41,378 nucleotides of DNA from Candidatus Kaiserbacteria bacterium RIFOXYD1_FULL_47_14 (GCA_001781915.1 MFMU01000009.1:7449-48826), one strand, 5' to 3'. Positions 1-9,000 are shown, numbered from the stretch's first letter. Program-made: numbers and translations. Notes: a model not told the origin generated them from the letters alone.

Positions 1-2962
1 GCGCCCACACTTCCATTTCGCCGAATCGCTGACCTCCGTTCTGTGCTTTACCGCCGAGCGGCTGTTGTGTGATGAGCGAGTAGGGTCCGATGGAACGCAT
101 ATGAATCTTGTCTTCCACCATGTGATGGAGTTTGAAGACATACATATAGCCGACCGAAACTGTCTGTGCGAATGCTTCGCCTGAACGACCATCATAGAGC
201 TGCATCTTTCCATTTCTCTCGAAGCCGGCTTTCTCGAGTTCATCGCGAATTTCGTCTGCAGTCGCGCCAGCGAACGGAGGAACAATCGCTTGATACCCAA
301 GCGTATGTGCCGCGATGCCGAGATGCATCTCGAGAATCTGTCCTAGGTTCATACGAGACGGAACGCCAAGCGGTGTGAGAATGATGTCGACAGGATTACC
401 ATCCTTGTCGTACGGCATATCTTCGACTGGAAGCACGCGACTGATAACACCTTTGTTGCCGTGACGGCCGGCGAGCTTATCGCCGACACTCACATTTCGC
501 ACTTGGGCAACAGTAACGACAATTTTCTTAATGATGCCACTCTCGAGTTGATCGCCGCGCTCCCGTGAAAATATTCGGACACCGATAACGCGACCGCGCT
601 TGCCGCCTTCCATGCGGAGCGAGGTATCCTTCACATCTTTCGCTTTGTCGCCAAAGATACTGCGCAAGAGTCGTTCCTCAGGCGTGAGCTGGGTTTCGCC
701 TTTCGGTGTTACCTTTCCGACAAGAATGTCTCCCGATCGTACTTCCGCACCAATACGGATAACGCCCTCTTCGTCGAGATTCTTAAGTCGCAATTCGCCG
801 ACATTCGGAATGTCGTGTGTGGTTGTTTCTGGTCCAAGCTTCGTATCGCGTACGACACAATCGAAGTCCTCGATATGAACGGTGGTGAATTTCGATTCCT
901 CGACAAGCCGTTCAGAGATAATTATAGCGTCCTCGTAGTTCGCGCCGTTCCAGCTCATGAAGGCAACACGCACATTCTGACCCAAAGCGAGCTGACCTTG
1001 CTCGGTCGAAGAATTGTCTGCAAGTACATCTCCTTTCTTCACAACATCTCCAGTTATGACCGATGGTCGTTGCATAAATACCGAACTCTGGTTGGTGCGG
1101 GTAAGTCCTTGAAGGCGATATTCTCGCGTCTTCCCCTCTTTATTTTTTACTAAAATCTTTCGCGCATCAACTTGTGTAATCTCGCCCGCTTCTTCTGCAA
1201 TCACGAGACGACCAGTGCTACGAGCCGCATGCGATTCAATACCGGTCGCAACGAGCGGTGCTTCAGGGATAAGAACCGGAGTCGCCTGCTTCTGCATATT
1301 CGAGCCCATTAAGGCGCGGTTCGCGTCATCATGATTCACGAAAGGAATCATGGCAGTCGCGACGGAGAACATCTGATACAGCGAAGCATCGATAAGCGTA
1401 ATCGCATCGCGTTCGACAATAATCGGTTCGCCCTTATGGCGCGCTTCGACAAGGTCAGGAATAAGGCGGCCATTCTCGTCGAGCTTCGTTGCACCGTGTG
1501 CGACAAATTCATTTTCTTCATCAAGTGCATTCAGATACACAATTTCTTTCGTTACTTCGCCATTCTTCACGCGAGCATACGGTGTTTCGATAACTCCGAA
1601 ACTATTGGTGCGAGCATTAATCGCGAGACGAAGAATAAGACCGATGTTCTGACCTTCTGGTGTATGAATCGGACACAGGCGTCCGTAATGCGAAGGATGC
1701 ACATCGCGCACTTCGAAGCCCGCGCGTTCACGCGTCAAACCGCCGGGACCGAGTGCTGAGAGCGTGCGCATATTCTCAAGTTCTGCGAGAATATTCTGTT
1801 GCTCCATAAACTGCGAGAGCTGGTTCGCGGTGAAGAATTCATGCACTGATGCATGAAAAGGACGCGGATTGACGAGCGCCATCGGGAGTGTGGTCTCGGT
1901 TGGCATCGTCGACATACGATCCTGAATATTGCGCTTCATACGGCTCATACCGATGCGCATGCGCGACTGCAAGAGTTCACCGACGAAACGAACACGGCGG
2001 AAACCGAGATGATCGATATCATCAGGGCGTGCTGCTGGGTCTGCATTGAGTTTTGTTATTTCTGAAATGATATGAACGAAATCGGCGAGAGTGAGCGTGC
2101 GCTTCTCGAGCGACTTTTCAGAGACCGGAAGACCGAAACGCATATTAAGTCGATGACGCCCAACCTTCCCGAGGTCATAGCGTTCAGCGGAGAAGAGCGA
2201 CTGCACGAAGTTCTTCGCGTTCTCCGGAGTCGCGAGATCGCCGTCGCGCATGCGACGATGAATTTCGATATATGCCTCTTCAATCGACTTCGCTTCGTCA
2301 TGTTCGAGCGTCGCCTTTATAGCAGCAAGCGCAAGCGGATCATTCGCAAAATGCTTAGCGACCGCCTCGCCCAAGCCCCCACCGAATACCGAGAGTAGCT
2401 GAGTAATAGGGAACTTGCGTTTCCGATCAATCTTCACAAAAATAGCGCCATCTGCTTCTGATTCAAATTCAATCCAGACACCGCGCAAAGGAATTATCTT
2501 CGCACCGAAAAATGGCTTGCCGCGCAAAAGTTCTGACACAAAGAAAGCGCCAAAGCTTCGCGCGAGTTGCGGAACGATAACGCGTTCAACACCGGAAACG
2601 ATGAAAGAACCGTGAGGTGTCATGAGCGGCATATCCGCGAGGAATATTTCCTGATTCTTTTCCGTGCCGAGTGTTTTATTAATAAGCTTAACCGTCACCT
2701 TGATTGGAGCTTCATAGGTGCGCAAAGTGTCGCGTACGAAATCCTCGTCATATTTCGGTTCACCGATTTCAAATCGTTCAAACTGAAGTTCGAACTTTTT
2801 CCCTGAATAGTCGCTAATCGGAGAGAATTCTTTAAAGAGTTCAGTGAGACCGTCCTTTAGGAGCCAATCGAACGAGCCGCGCTGGTGTCCGACGAAGTCC
2901 GGGAACGGCACTCGAGAGGCCTGAAATGCACCGAAGGTCTTTTGGACGAGGGTTTTGCGCAT
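1..2962 (-). CDS. rpoB: DNA-directed RNA polymerase beta subunit, N-terminal ~987 codons (3' end runs off the window edge, so it is absent from the ORF track)
   Basis: My translation of the minus strand from ATG at 2962 gives MRKTLVQKTFGAFQASRVPFPDFVGHQRGSFDWLL... At the window edge it reads ...GYMYVFKLHHMVEDKIHMRSIGPYSLITQQPLGGKAQNGGQRFGEMEVWA, the conserved RpoB catalytic-region motif. The frame is open throughout. Confidence 0.93.
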   Translation of the reverse strand, partial: MRKTLVQKTFGAFQASRVPFPDFVGHQRGSFDWLLKDGLTELFKEFSPISDYSGKKFELQFERFEIGEPKYDEDFVRDTLRTYEAPIKVTVKLINKTLGTEKNQEIFLADMPLMTPHGSFIVSGVERVIVPQLARSFGAFFVSELLRGKPFFGAKIIPLRGVWIEFESEADGAIFVKIDRKRKFPITQLLSVFGGGLGEAVAKHFANDPLALAAIKATLEHDEAKSIEEAYIEIHRRMRDGDLATPENAKNFVQSLFSAERYDLGKVGRHRLNMRFGLPVSEKSLEKRTLTLADFVHIISEITKLNADPAARPDDIDHLGFRRVRFVGELLQSRMRIGMSRMKRNIQDRMSTMPTETTLPMALVNPRPFHASVHEFFTANQLSQFMEQQNILAELENMRTLSALGPGGLTRERAGFEVRDVHPSHYGRLCPIHTPEGQNIGLILRLAINARTNSFGVIETPYARVKNGEVTKEIVYLNALDEENEFVAHGATKLDENGRLIPDLVEARHKGEPIIVERDAITLIDASLYQMFSVATAMIPFVNHDDANRALMGSNMQKQATPVLIPEAPLVATGIESHAARSTGRLVIAEEAGEITQVDARKILVKNKEGKTREYRLQGLTRTNQSSVFMQRPSVITGDVVKKGDVLADNSSTEQGQLALGQNVRVAFMSWNGANYEDAIIISERLVEESKFTTVHIEDFDCVVRDTKLGPETTTHDIPNVGELRLKNLDEEGVIRIGAEVRSGDILVGKVTPKGETQLTPEERLLRSIFGDKAKDVKDTSLRMEGGKRGRVIGVRIFSRERGDQLESGIIKKIVVTVAQVRNVSVGDKLAGRHGNKGVISRVLPVEDMPYDKDGNPVDIILTPLGVPSRMNLGQILEMHLGIAAHTLGYQAIVPPFAGATADEIRDELEKAGFERNGKMQLYDGRSGEAFAQTVSVGYMYVFKLHHMVEDKIHMRSIGPYSLITQQPLGGKAQNGGQRFGEMEVWA

Positions 2963-3151
2963 ATGGGGATGGCGTGAAGTGGTTAAAATGGGAATATACA
3001 GACGCAAACACACGCGGACTTGCTTCGCTTTGTGTTCTTTCAGTTCACAGTATGAATCTTCTCCTTCGGCGCCCTCCATTACTCACTCGTATCTATGTTT
3101 CTAATGTATCAGTCCCCGCCTTTTCGCGCAAGTACGGGTGGGGATAAAGAG

Positions 3152-3835
3152 CTATTTCTCTTTGCGCCAAGCATCGATATTCGCGTGGTGTCCGGTTTGG
3201 AGGACCTTCGGGACGCTGTAATTTTTACCTTTATACAAAATAGTTTCGGGGCGGGTGTAGACCGCTGATGAAGCGATTCGGCGTTCTTCGACTGACGCAT
3301 CTTTACCCAGAACGCCTGGGAGACGGCGGGTGACAGCGTCGACGATAGCGAGCGCGGGGATCTCTCCGCCGGTATAGACCGCCTCGCCCACAGCGAATTC
3401 TTTTATTGGTGCAAGCGTCTTCAGGATTTTCTTCGCGCGTTCGTCGATTCCTTCGTAACGGCCACAGACGAGAACAACATCGTCATATTTCGTGAGCGCG
3501 TCGGCATCTTTATTCGTAAATTGTTTGCCGCTCGGACTAAACCAAATGACCACTCGCCCATGTTTGGACTTCCGAAGTCCCAAAACTGACTTCTGAAGTC
3601 CTTTTCGCCCAAATGCTTTCTCGACTGCACGAACAACAGACAGTGCAGTCATCACCATCCCAGGCCCACCGCCGTATGGGCGTTCGTCTACCTTGCCCCA
3701 TTTATTATTGACAAAATCGCGCGGGTTCTGATAGTCAACTTTAATTTTTTTCTCTTTTCGAGCGCGTCCAACAATCGATGCATTCAAATAAGCATCGCAT
3801 GTTTCTTCAAACAATGTAATTAAGTGAAATTTCAT
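3152..3835 (-). CDS. trmD: tRNA (guanine37-N1)-methyltransferase TrmD
   Basis: 227-aa ORF with the TrmD motifs ERPYGGGPGMVM, VCGRYEGIDER, YTGGEIPALAIVDAVTRRLPGVLG and YTRP. It carries an in-frame palindromic insert (see the repeat at 3555-3601). Confidence 0.93.
   Translation of the reverse strand: MKFHLITLFEETCDAYLNASIVGRARKEKKIKVDYQNPRDFVNNKWGKVDERPYGGGPGMVMTALSVVRAVEKAFGRKGLQKSVLGLRKSKHGRVVIWFSPSGKQFTNKDADALTKYDDVVLVCGRYEGIDERAKKILKTLAPIKEFAVGEAVYTGGEIPALAIVDAVTRRLPGVLGKDASVEERRIASSAVYTRPETILYKGKNYSVPKVLQTGHHANIDAWRKEK
3555..3601. repeat. REP-B-like palindrome doublet inside trmD, in frame
   Basis: GGACTTCCGAAGTCC (3566-3580, 7-bp dyad) is followed 7 nt later by GACTTCTGAAGTC (3588-3600, 6-bp dyad). 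The 14-nt left flank CGCCCATGTTTGGA (3555-3568) is identical to 39463-39476 in the tkt gene. The element is translated on the minus strand as GLQKSVLGLRKSKHGR. Confidence 0.75.
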
Positions 3836-3841
3836 AAGCGA

Positions 3842-3915
3842 GAGATTTCGTGATTTCGGATAGTTGAAATGCCTAGTGCAGCGAAGCGTAACGCTATCCG
3901 AAATTACGAAATCTC
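3842..3915. repeat. Long intercistronic hairpin (22-bp arms, 30-nt loop) between the KH-protein gene and trmD
   Basis: GAGATTTCGTGATTTCGGATAG (3842-3863) pairs with CTATCCGAAATTACGAAATCTC (3894-3915). Of 22 positions, 21 are Watson-Crick and one is G.T. Each arm holds two GATTTCG / CGAAAT(C) half-sites resembling the REP-B core GATTTCCGAAA. Confidence 0.7.
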
Positions 3916-3921
3916 GAGCGG

Positions 3922-4221
3922 TTACAACTCCTCGACGATCTGATCGACGGTCTTGTGTTCCATTTCGCGTTTGCCGCCGACTGGCTCGTTGATCTTAAGA
4001 TTCACGCGTGCATTCCCTTTCATCCCGACGACGCGCAGGAGGATGCGCAGTGCCTCGGCTGTCTTACCGCTCTTACCGATTATTTTCCCCATATCTTCAG
4101 GATGGACGGTGAGGGTGAGCAGGACGCCCATCTGGTCGATAGTGCGCGTGGTCTCGACCGATTCTGGATGATCGACAAGCGCTTGTACTGCGTATTCGAG
4201 AAATGCTTGGTCTGGTTCCAT
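3922..4221 (-). CDS. KH-domain RNA-binding protein (YlqC/UPF0109-like)
   Basis: The sequence MEPDQAFLEYAVQALVDHPESV...HPEDMGKIIGKSGKTAEALRILL carries the GKSGK (GxxG) KH motif. The ORF-track start at 4356 is rejected because it would overlap rpsP; I use the internal ATG at 4221. Confidence 0.8.
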   Translation of the reverse strand: MEPDQAFLEYAVQALVDHPESVETTRTIDQMGVLLTLTVHPEDMGKIIGKSGKTAEALRILLRVVGMKGNARVNLKINEPVGGKREMEHKTVDQIVEEL

Positions 4222-4255
4222 AAAGGTATATTTAGTCCGCCATCTGGCGGATGAG

Positions 4256-4669
4256 TTACGCCGCCGGAGCGGCTTCTTCTTCGACTTCAACCGCGGGGGT
4301 CTCCGTAACAAGAAGAGCTTCAGCGACAACTTCTGCTTCAGTCGGAGTTTCAACAACAGGAACTGCTTTTACCTCTTCTGTTTTCTCTTTTTCAATAGGA
4401 GTTTTTCTGCCAAGTACATTTATTTTCTTGCCTTCAATGATGCCCTTCGTAATAAGGAGGTTATGGATTGAGCCGGTCAGCTGTGCACCTTTGGCAATCC
4501 ATTCCTTCACGCGGACTTCGTCAATCGTGAGCGCCTTGCTACGAGGATTATAGGTACCGAGCTGTTCGGTAATGCTACCGGCTTTCGCGGCGCGGCTTTT
4601 CTCTAGGAGAACAATGCGAAACGCCGGATCATTGGTCCGGCCGATGCGTTGGAATCGAATCATCAACAT
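4256..4669 (-). CDS. rpsP: 30S ribosomal protein S16 with an acidic C-terminal extension
   Basis: MLMIRFQRIGRTNDPAFRIVLLEKSRAAKAGSITEQLGTYNP is a typical S16 N-terminus. The start at 4669 was chosen because a TATAGT box lies 7 nt upstream. The track start at 4675 is a GTG. Confidence 0.9.
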   Translation of the reverse strand: MLMIRFQRIGRTNDPAFRIVLLEKSRAAKAGSITEQLGTYNPRSKALTIDEVRVKEWIAKGAQLTGSIHNLLITKGIIEGKKINVLGRKTPIEKEKTEEVKAVPVVETPTEAEVVAEALLVTETPAVEVEEEAAPAA

Positions 4670-4676
4670 AGACACA

Positions 4677-4682
4677 ACTATA
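4677..4682 (-). promoter_or_regulatory. -10-like box TATAGT, 7 nt before the rpsP ATG (leaderless-type)
   Basis: The minus strand reads TATAGT tgtgtct ATG(4669). Confidence 0.45.
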
Positions 4683-4703
4683 GCAGAAGTCCTGCAATAT
4701 TGC

Positions 4704-4709
4704 TAGAGT
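4704..4709 (+). promoter_or_regulatory. Extended -10 box TGcTAGAGT, 8 nt before the rnr ATG
   Basis: The plus strand reads TGCTAGAGT gtaagaaa ATG(4718). Confidence 0.4.
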
Positions 4710-4717
4710 GTAAGAAA

Positions 4718-6691
4718 ATGCCGATGGAGACAATATATGAGGGGCCGATAACGATGACTCGGAAGGGTTTCGGTTTTTTCGCTATTGAAGGCGCTTCCGA
4801 AGATCTTCTTATCCCGCCAGAATGGACGAATCACGCCATTTCGGGCGACCAAGTAAAGGTCGCTCCGGCGGGTATGTATCAAGATCCTTCGGGTAAGATG
4901 CCTCCAAGAGCTTCCGGTAAAGTGGTCGAGATCGTTTCGCGTGCGCGCGAAACATTCGTCGGCACGCTCACTGAAGAGAATGGAAAAATACTTTTGGCGC
5001 CTGATTATAAAAAGATGTATGTGCCGATTGAAATAGTAGACACGAAAGATGCCCAGCTCGGCTACAAAGTGTTAGTGCGTCTCCATGATTGGAAAGAAGG
5101 TGCGACCTATCCTTCAGGAATCATCGAAGACATCATCGGCAAAGCGGGTGTGCACGACACCGAGATGCGCGCGCTCGCACTCGGACAAGGATTCTCTTCT
5201 GACTTCCCTCCCGGAGTCATTGCTGAAGCGAAGCGGCTCGAGTCCGAGGGTACGGCGATACTCACGAAAGAAGTAGCAGCGCGAGTCGCCAAAGGCAACC
5301 CGCATACTGACTTTAGGAAAGTCAGTACCTGCACCATCGACCCCTTTGATGCGAAGGACTTCGACGATGCACTCTCGGTGCGCACGCTTCCTGATGGAAC
5401 TATCGAAGTCGGCGTCCATATTGCTGATGTATCGTTCTTCGTAAAACCAGGTGGAGCGCTCGATATCGAAGCTCGCGATAGAGCAACGAGTGTCTATCTT
5501 GTCGATCGCACAATTCCGATGCTCCCAGAGATTCTCTCGAACGATCTTTGTTCACTGAAACAAGATGAGGATCGCCTCGCGGTCTCGGCGGTCTTTACAC
5601 TCGACACTGAAGCGAATGTTCAGGATGTGTGGTTCGGCGAGACCGTCATTCACTCCAATAAACGCTTTACTTACGAAGAAGCACAAGAAGTACTCGATAA
5701 AGGAGAAGGGATACTGAGCGAAGAATTGTCTCTCTTATTAGGTCTCTCGAAGAAAATTCGCGCGCGCCGCGCAGCCAAAGGCGCTATAGAATTCGATACT
5801 GCCGAAGTAAAGGTTGAGCTAGATCCTGAAGGAAAGCCAATAGCAATCCATCTGAAAGAACGCAAAGCAACGAATTTGCTCATCGAGGATTTTATGCTTC
5901 TCGCGAATGAGGCGGTAGCGAAACATCTCTCCAAACTGACGAACAATAAAGGAACAAAATTTGCTTCGCTGTATCGTATTCACGATGTACCCGATGCTGA
6001 TCGTATTGAGAATCTCGTGAATCTCTTGCGTGTTATGGGCTACCAGTTAAAGACCTCTGGCGCCGGCACGGTAACAGGTGCTGAATTAAACAAACTCCTC
6101 GAATCGGTAAAAGGCACTCCGGAAGAATATCTGGTGAAGACCGCGGCGCTTCGTTCAATGAGCAAGGCTGTCTACGCGACACGCAATATCGGCCACTTCG
6201 GTCTCGCATTCGATTTTTATACTCACTTCACCTCACCAATTCGTCGATATCCCGATCTCATCATTCACCGACTCATAAAGTCACATGCTGGCGACGATCT
6301 TATTTCTGAAAAAGAAATGAGCGAGTTCGATGCGCTCGCAGTCCATGCTTCTGAACGCGAAGTCGCGGCTGCTGATGCTGAGCGTGATTCAATTAAGATG
6401 AAACAAGTGGAATTCCTCTCTGAGAGAATCGGTGAAGAATTCGGTGCGGTTATTTCTGGCGTTACCGAACGAGGTCTCTATGTCGAAGAACAAACCACCC
6501 ACGCCGACGGAATGATTCGCATTAAAGATATCGGTAATGATTATTTCGAATATGACGAGAAGCACTATCAGCTCCTCGGCCGCCGCACGCGCAAGTCCTA
6601 TCGCCTCGGCGACCCTATCCGCGTCAAACTCGTCGCCGCCCGTATCGCAGAAAAAGAACTAGATTTTGTGCCTGTACCAATCGCGACATAA
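4718..6691 (+). CDS. rnr: Ribonuclease R (RNB-family 3'-5' exoribonuclease with a C-terminal S1 domain)
   Basis: The RNB-domain motifs DPFDAKDFDDALSV, SVYLVDRTIPMLPE and HFGLAFDFYTHFTSPIRRYPDLIIHR are present, plus an S1-like C-terminus (GAVISGVTERGLYVE). The start at 4718 (MPMETIYEG) is used rather than 4649, which would overlap rpsP. Confidence 0.92.
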   Translation: MPMETIYEGPITMTRKGFGFFAIEGASEDLLIPPEWTNHAISGDQVKVAPAGMYQDPSGKMPPRASGKVVEIVSRARETFVGTLTEENGKILLAPDYKKMYVPIEIVDTKDAQLGYKVLVRLHDWKEGATYPSGIIEDIIGKAGVHDTEMRALALGQGFSSDFPPGVIAEAKRLESEGTAILTKEVAARVAKGNPHTDFRKVSTCTIDPFDAKDFDDALSVRTLPDGTIEVGVHIADVSFFVKPGGALDIEARDRATSVYLVDRTIPMLPEILSNDLCSLKQDEDRLAVSAVFTLDTEANVQDVWFGETVIHSNKRFTYEEAQEVLDKGEGILSEELSLLLGLSKKIRARRAAKGAIEFDTAEVKVELDPEGKPIAIHLKERKATNLLIEDFMLLANEAVAKHLSKLTNNKGTKFASLYRIHDVPDADRIENLVNLLRVMGYQLKTSGAGTVTGAELNKLLESVKGTPEEYLVKTAALRSMSKAVYATRNIGHFGLAFDFYTHFTSPIRRYPDLIIHRLIKSHAGDDLISEKEMSEFDALAVHASEREVAAADAERDSIKMKQVEFLSERIGEEFGAVISGVTERGLYVEEQTTHADGMIRIKDIGNDYFEYDEKHYQLLGRRTRKSYRLGDPIRVKLVAARIAEKELDFVPVPIAT

Positions 6692-6694
6692 TGA

Positions 6695-8929
6695 TTATTT
6701 CGCCACGGCGACGGCCTCGTCGAATTTGACAGAAAGAAGTTTGGAGACGCCGTCGCCGCCCATCGTGACTCCGTAGAGAATGTTGGTGCGGCTCATCGTC
6801 TCGCGGTTGTGCGTAATAACGATAAGTTGTGAGCGCTTCGCGAGGTTCTCTATCATATCGCCGTAACGACGGCTGTTCGCTTCGTCGAGCGCTGCATCGG
6901 TCTCGTCGAGAATAAGAAATGGCGGGGGATTCACCTGACTCATCGCGAAGATAAGCGCAATAGAAGTGAGCGCTCTCTCGCCTCCGGAGAGCTGCATAAG
7001 TGAATGTAATTTCTTTTTCGGCAGATTGACGGTTATTTCTATGCCCGCCCGTTCTTTCTTTCCCTCGTCGTATGACTCCTCGGGATCTTCGGACTCATCT
7101 AATGAGTCCTCGACTTCGGCTTCTTCCGGCTCTTCAAGAGCTAGACGCGCGCTCCCGCCGCCGAACATCAGTGCGAAGTATTCACTAAACGATGCATTAA
7201 CCCGAGCAAGGCCGTCGGAGAAATGCTTCGTGAGTTCTGTGTCCAGATCGCGTATAAGCGCACCGAGACCCGCTGCCGACTTCGCGAGATCGTCTAATTC
7301 TTTGGTAAGAAATGTTTCGCGTTCTGAAATTTCTTTATGTTCATGCCGGATATCTTCGCCCATACCGCCTGCTTCTTCGAGGCGAATCTTCGTACGCTCT
7401 AGAGAGCGCTTGCGTTCTTCTTGCACCTTTCGTTCTTCTGCGACTCCGCCAGCTGGCGGATCGAAAAGCGGATCATAGGAAATGGCTGTTGCACCAGTGA
7501 GCGCAAGCGCTTCGCCTTTATTGCGTTCGAGTTCTTCTTCGAGAAGTGAGAGTTCATATTCGCGCGCTTCGCAGCGAGCCACTTCTCCTTCTTCGTGCGC
7601 TTTTTCTTGAGCGGCATCAAGAATGCGATGGCGAATTTCTCGACCAGTTTCTTCAAATGCGATCATTGCTTCACGCGCGCGAGCGCGCGCGGATTCTGCT
7701 TTTTCAAGCGCTTCCGAAGTGAAAGAATACTTTTCAGCAAGTGCGGTTCGTTCTGTTTCGAGTTTCAGCGCTGCATCTTCTTCATCAGAAAAATAGTCAT
7801 CGCGCGGCGCGCAGTGCCGCGCAAAAAAGATTTTTACTGTCGCGCGAATCGCATCGAGTGCAGCACGCAATGCTTCTATACCGCCATCTGCAACATTCCG
7901 AGTTTGTTTCTCTACTTCCTCATGTAATGCTTCGAGTTCTTCACGAGGTACTTTTGCATACGGCTCGTGTGCGACTGTTGCTGCGCGACGCTTCACTTCG
8001 GCGAGCGCTCCCTCTACACGCCCCATATCGCGCGAGAGTGTCGCTCGTGAGGCCGAAAGTTCAGAGACCTCCTGCTCTGCTCTCCGTAGTGTTTCAGTGC
8101 GCTGCATGGTCTCGTTATCTGTCGATTTTGGATCTGCCACTCGTTCAAGCTCAGCACTCACTACTGCAAGACGCTCTGTCGCCTTTTGTTTTCCTTCTGT
8201 AATTTTTAATTTTTCTTGGGAAAGATAAGCATCTTCAATAGCAAAATAGGTCTGCGCAAGACTGATGAGATCAGCGCGAAGCGCATCAGCACGCTCGAGC
8301 TTCTTCACCTGACCTTCAAGGAACCGTAGATGCGGTGCGAGTTCTCGACGAAGAGAATTCACTTGTCCAATATTTTCTTCGGTTTTCTCGAGTTTCTTCG
8401 TTGCTTCCTGCTTCTTGAATTCATATACCTTCAATCCAAGTGCATCCTCGAGCATCGCACGCCGTTCGCGCGCGGAAGCGAGCAGAATCCGATCTGCTTC
8501 GCCTTGAGAAATAATGTGGTGGCCGGTCTCGCCGATATTCGCGCCCGCGAGCAATTCTTCAATATCGCGCAGGCGCACGCGCGAGCCGTTAATGGAATAT
8601 TCGCTCGTCCCGTCACGGAAGACCGCGCGCTCGATCGCAACTTCATCAAAATCAATTTTGAATGTTCGGCGAGAATTGTCGAAAATAATAACTACCGCCG
8701 CTCGATTCGCGCGCGGTATTGAATGTGAGCCATTGAAAATAAGATCCTCCGCGCGCTTCCCGCGCATACTCTTCATCGACTGCTCGCCGAGCGCGAAGCG
8801 GAACGCCTCGGCGACATTACTTTTCCCTGAACCATTCGGCCCCACAATTGCGGTGGTCGCACTCGAAAAGTCCAAGACGGTCTTCTTGGCGAATGATTTA
8901 AATCCGACGATCTCCAGTCGCTTCAGCAT
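6695..8929 (-). CDS. smc: SMC-family chromosome segregation ATPase, unusually short (744 aa), no recognisable hinge
   Basis: The N-terminal head reads MLKRLEIVGFKSFA...VGPNGSGKSNVAEAFRFALGEQS. The C-terminal head reads LSGGERALTSIALIFAM...PFLILDETDAALDEAN...VITHNRETM...LYGVTM. The roughly 400 aa between them are E/R/A/L/K-rich and look like coiled coil. Confidence 0.88.
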   Translation of the reverse strand: MLKRLEIVGFKSFAKKTVLDFSSATTAIVGPNGSGKSNVAEAFRFALGEQSMKSMRGKRAEDLIFNGSHSIPRANRAAVVIIFDNSRRTFKIDFDEVAIERAVFRDGTSEYSINGSRVRLRDIEELLAGANIGETGHHIISQGEADRILLASARERRAMLEDALGLKVYEFKKQEATKKLEKTEENIGQVNSLRRELAPHLRFLEGQVKKLERADALRADLISLAQTYFAIEDAYLSQEKLKITEGKQKATERLAVVSAELERVADPKSTDNETMQRTETLRRAEQEVSELSASRATLSRDMGRVEGALAEVKRRAATVAHEPYAKVPREELEALHEEVEKQTRNVADGGIEALRAALDAIRATVKIFFARHCAPRDDYFSDEEDAALKLETERTALAEKYSFTSEALEKAESARARAREAMIAFEETGREIRHRILDAAQEKAHEEGEVARCEAREYELSLLEEELERNKGEALALTGATAISYDPLFDPPAGGVAEERKVQEERKRSLERTKIRLEEAGGMGEDIRHEHKEISERETFLTKELDDLAKSAAGLGALIRDLDTELTKHFSDGLARVNASFSEYFALMFGGGSARLALEEPEEAEVEDSLDESEDPEESYDEGKKERAGIEITVNLPKKKLHSLMQLSGGERALTSIALIFAMSQVNPPPFLILDETDAALDEANSRRYGDMIENLAKRSQLIVITHNRETMSRTNILYGVTMGGDGVSKLLSVKFDEAVAVAK

Positions 8930-8937
8930 TACTGACT

Positions 8938-8943
8938 ATTGTA
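8938..8943 (-). promoter_or_regulatory. Extended -10 box TGcTACAAT, 8 nt before the smc ATG
   Basis: The minus strand reads TGCTACAAT agtcagta ATG(8929). Confidence 0.45.
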
Positions 8944-8961
8944 GCAAATACAAAAATTACT

Positions 8962-9000
8962 GGAGGTGAAACACCCAAGTTGCTTGGGTGTTTCACCTCC
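8962..9000. repeat. Palindrome C1 (perfect 18-bp stem, 3-nt loop)
   Basis: GGAGGTGAAACACCCAAG ttg CTTGGGTGTTTCACCTCC. It shares the GGT(G/T)AAAC..AAGTTGCT architecture with C2 (9930-9972) and the string GGTGAAAC(A/C)CCCAAGT with C3 (37867-37889). Confidence 0.85.

Noticed and set aside
3864-3893. Loop of the 3842-3915 hairpin as a small ORF or independent ncRNA
   Set aside because: It has no start-stop frame of meaningful length, no promoter-like box and no recognisable ncRNA motif. I treat it as the loop of the intercistronic hairpin.
7091-7109. GGACTCAT cta ATGAGTCC hairpin in the acidic insert of smc (another GGAC..GTCC dyad)
   Set aside because: The stem is only 8 bp, which is chance level, and it lies in low-complexity Asp/Glu/Ser coding sequence. 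It is suggestive of the family but not supportable on its own.
6966-7478. Long antisense ORFs in the six-frame track (for example 6966..7478, 28464..29171, 38265..38732, 19232..19426, 33123..33707)
   Set aside because: They lie entirely inside strongly supported genes on the other strand. They have low-complexity Ser/Arg/Ala-rich translations and no motifs, which is typical of shadow ORFs.
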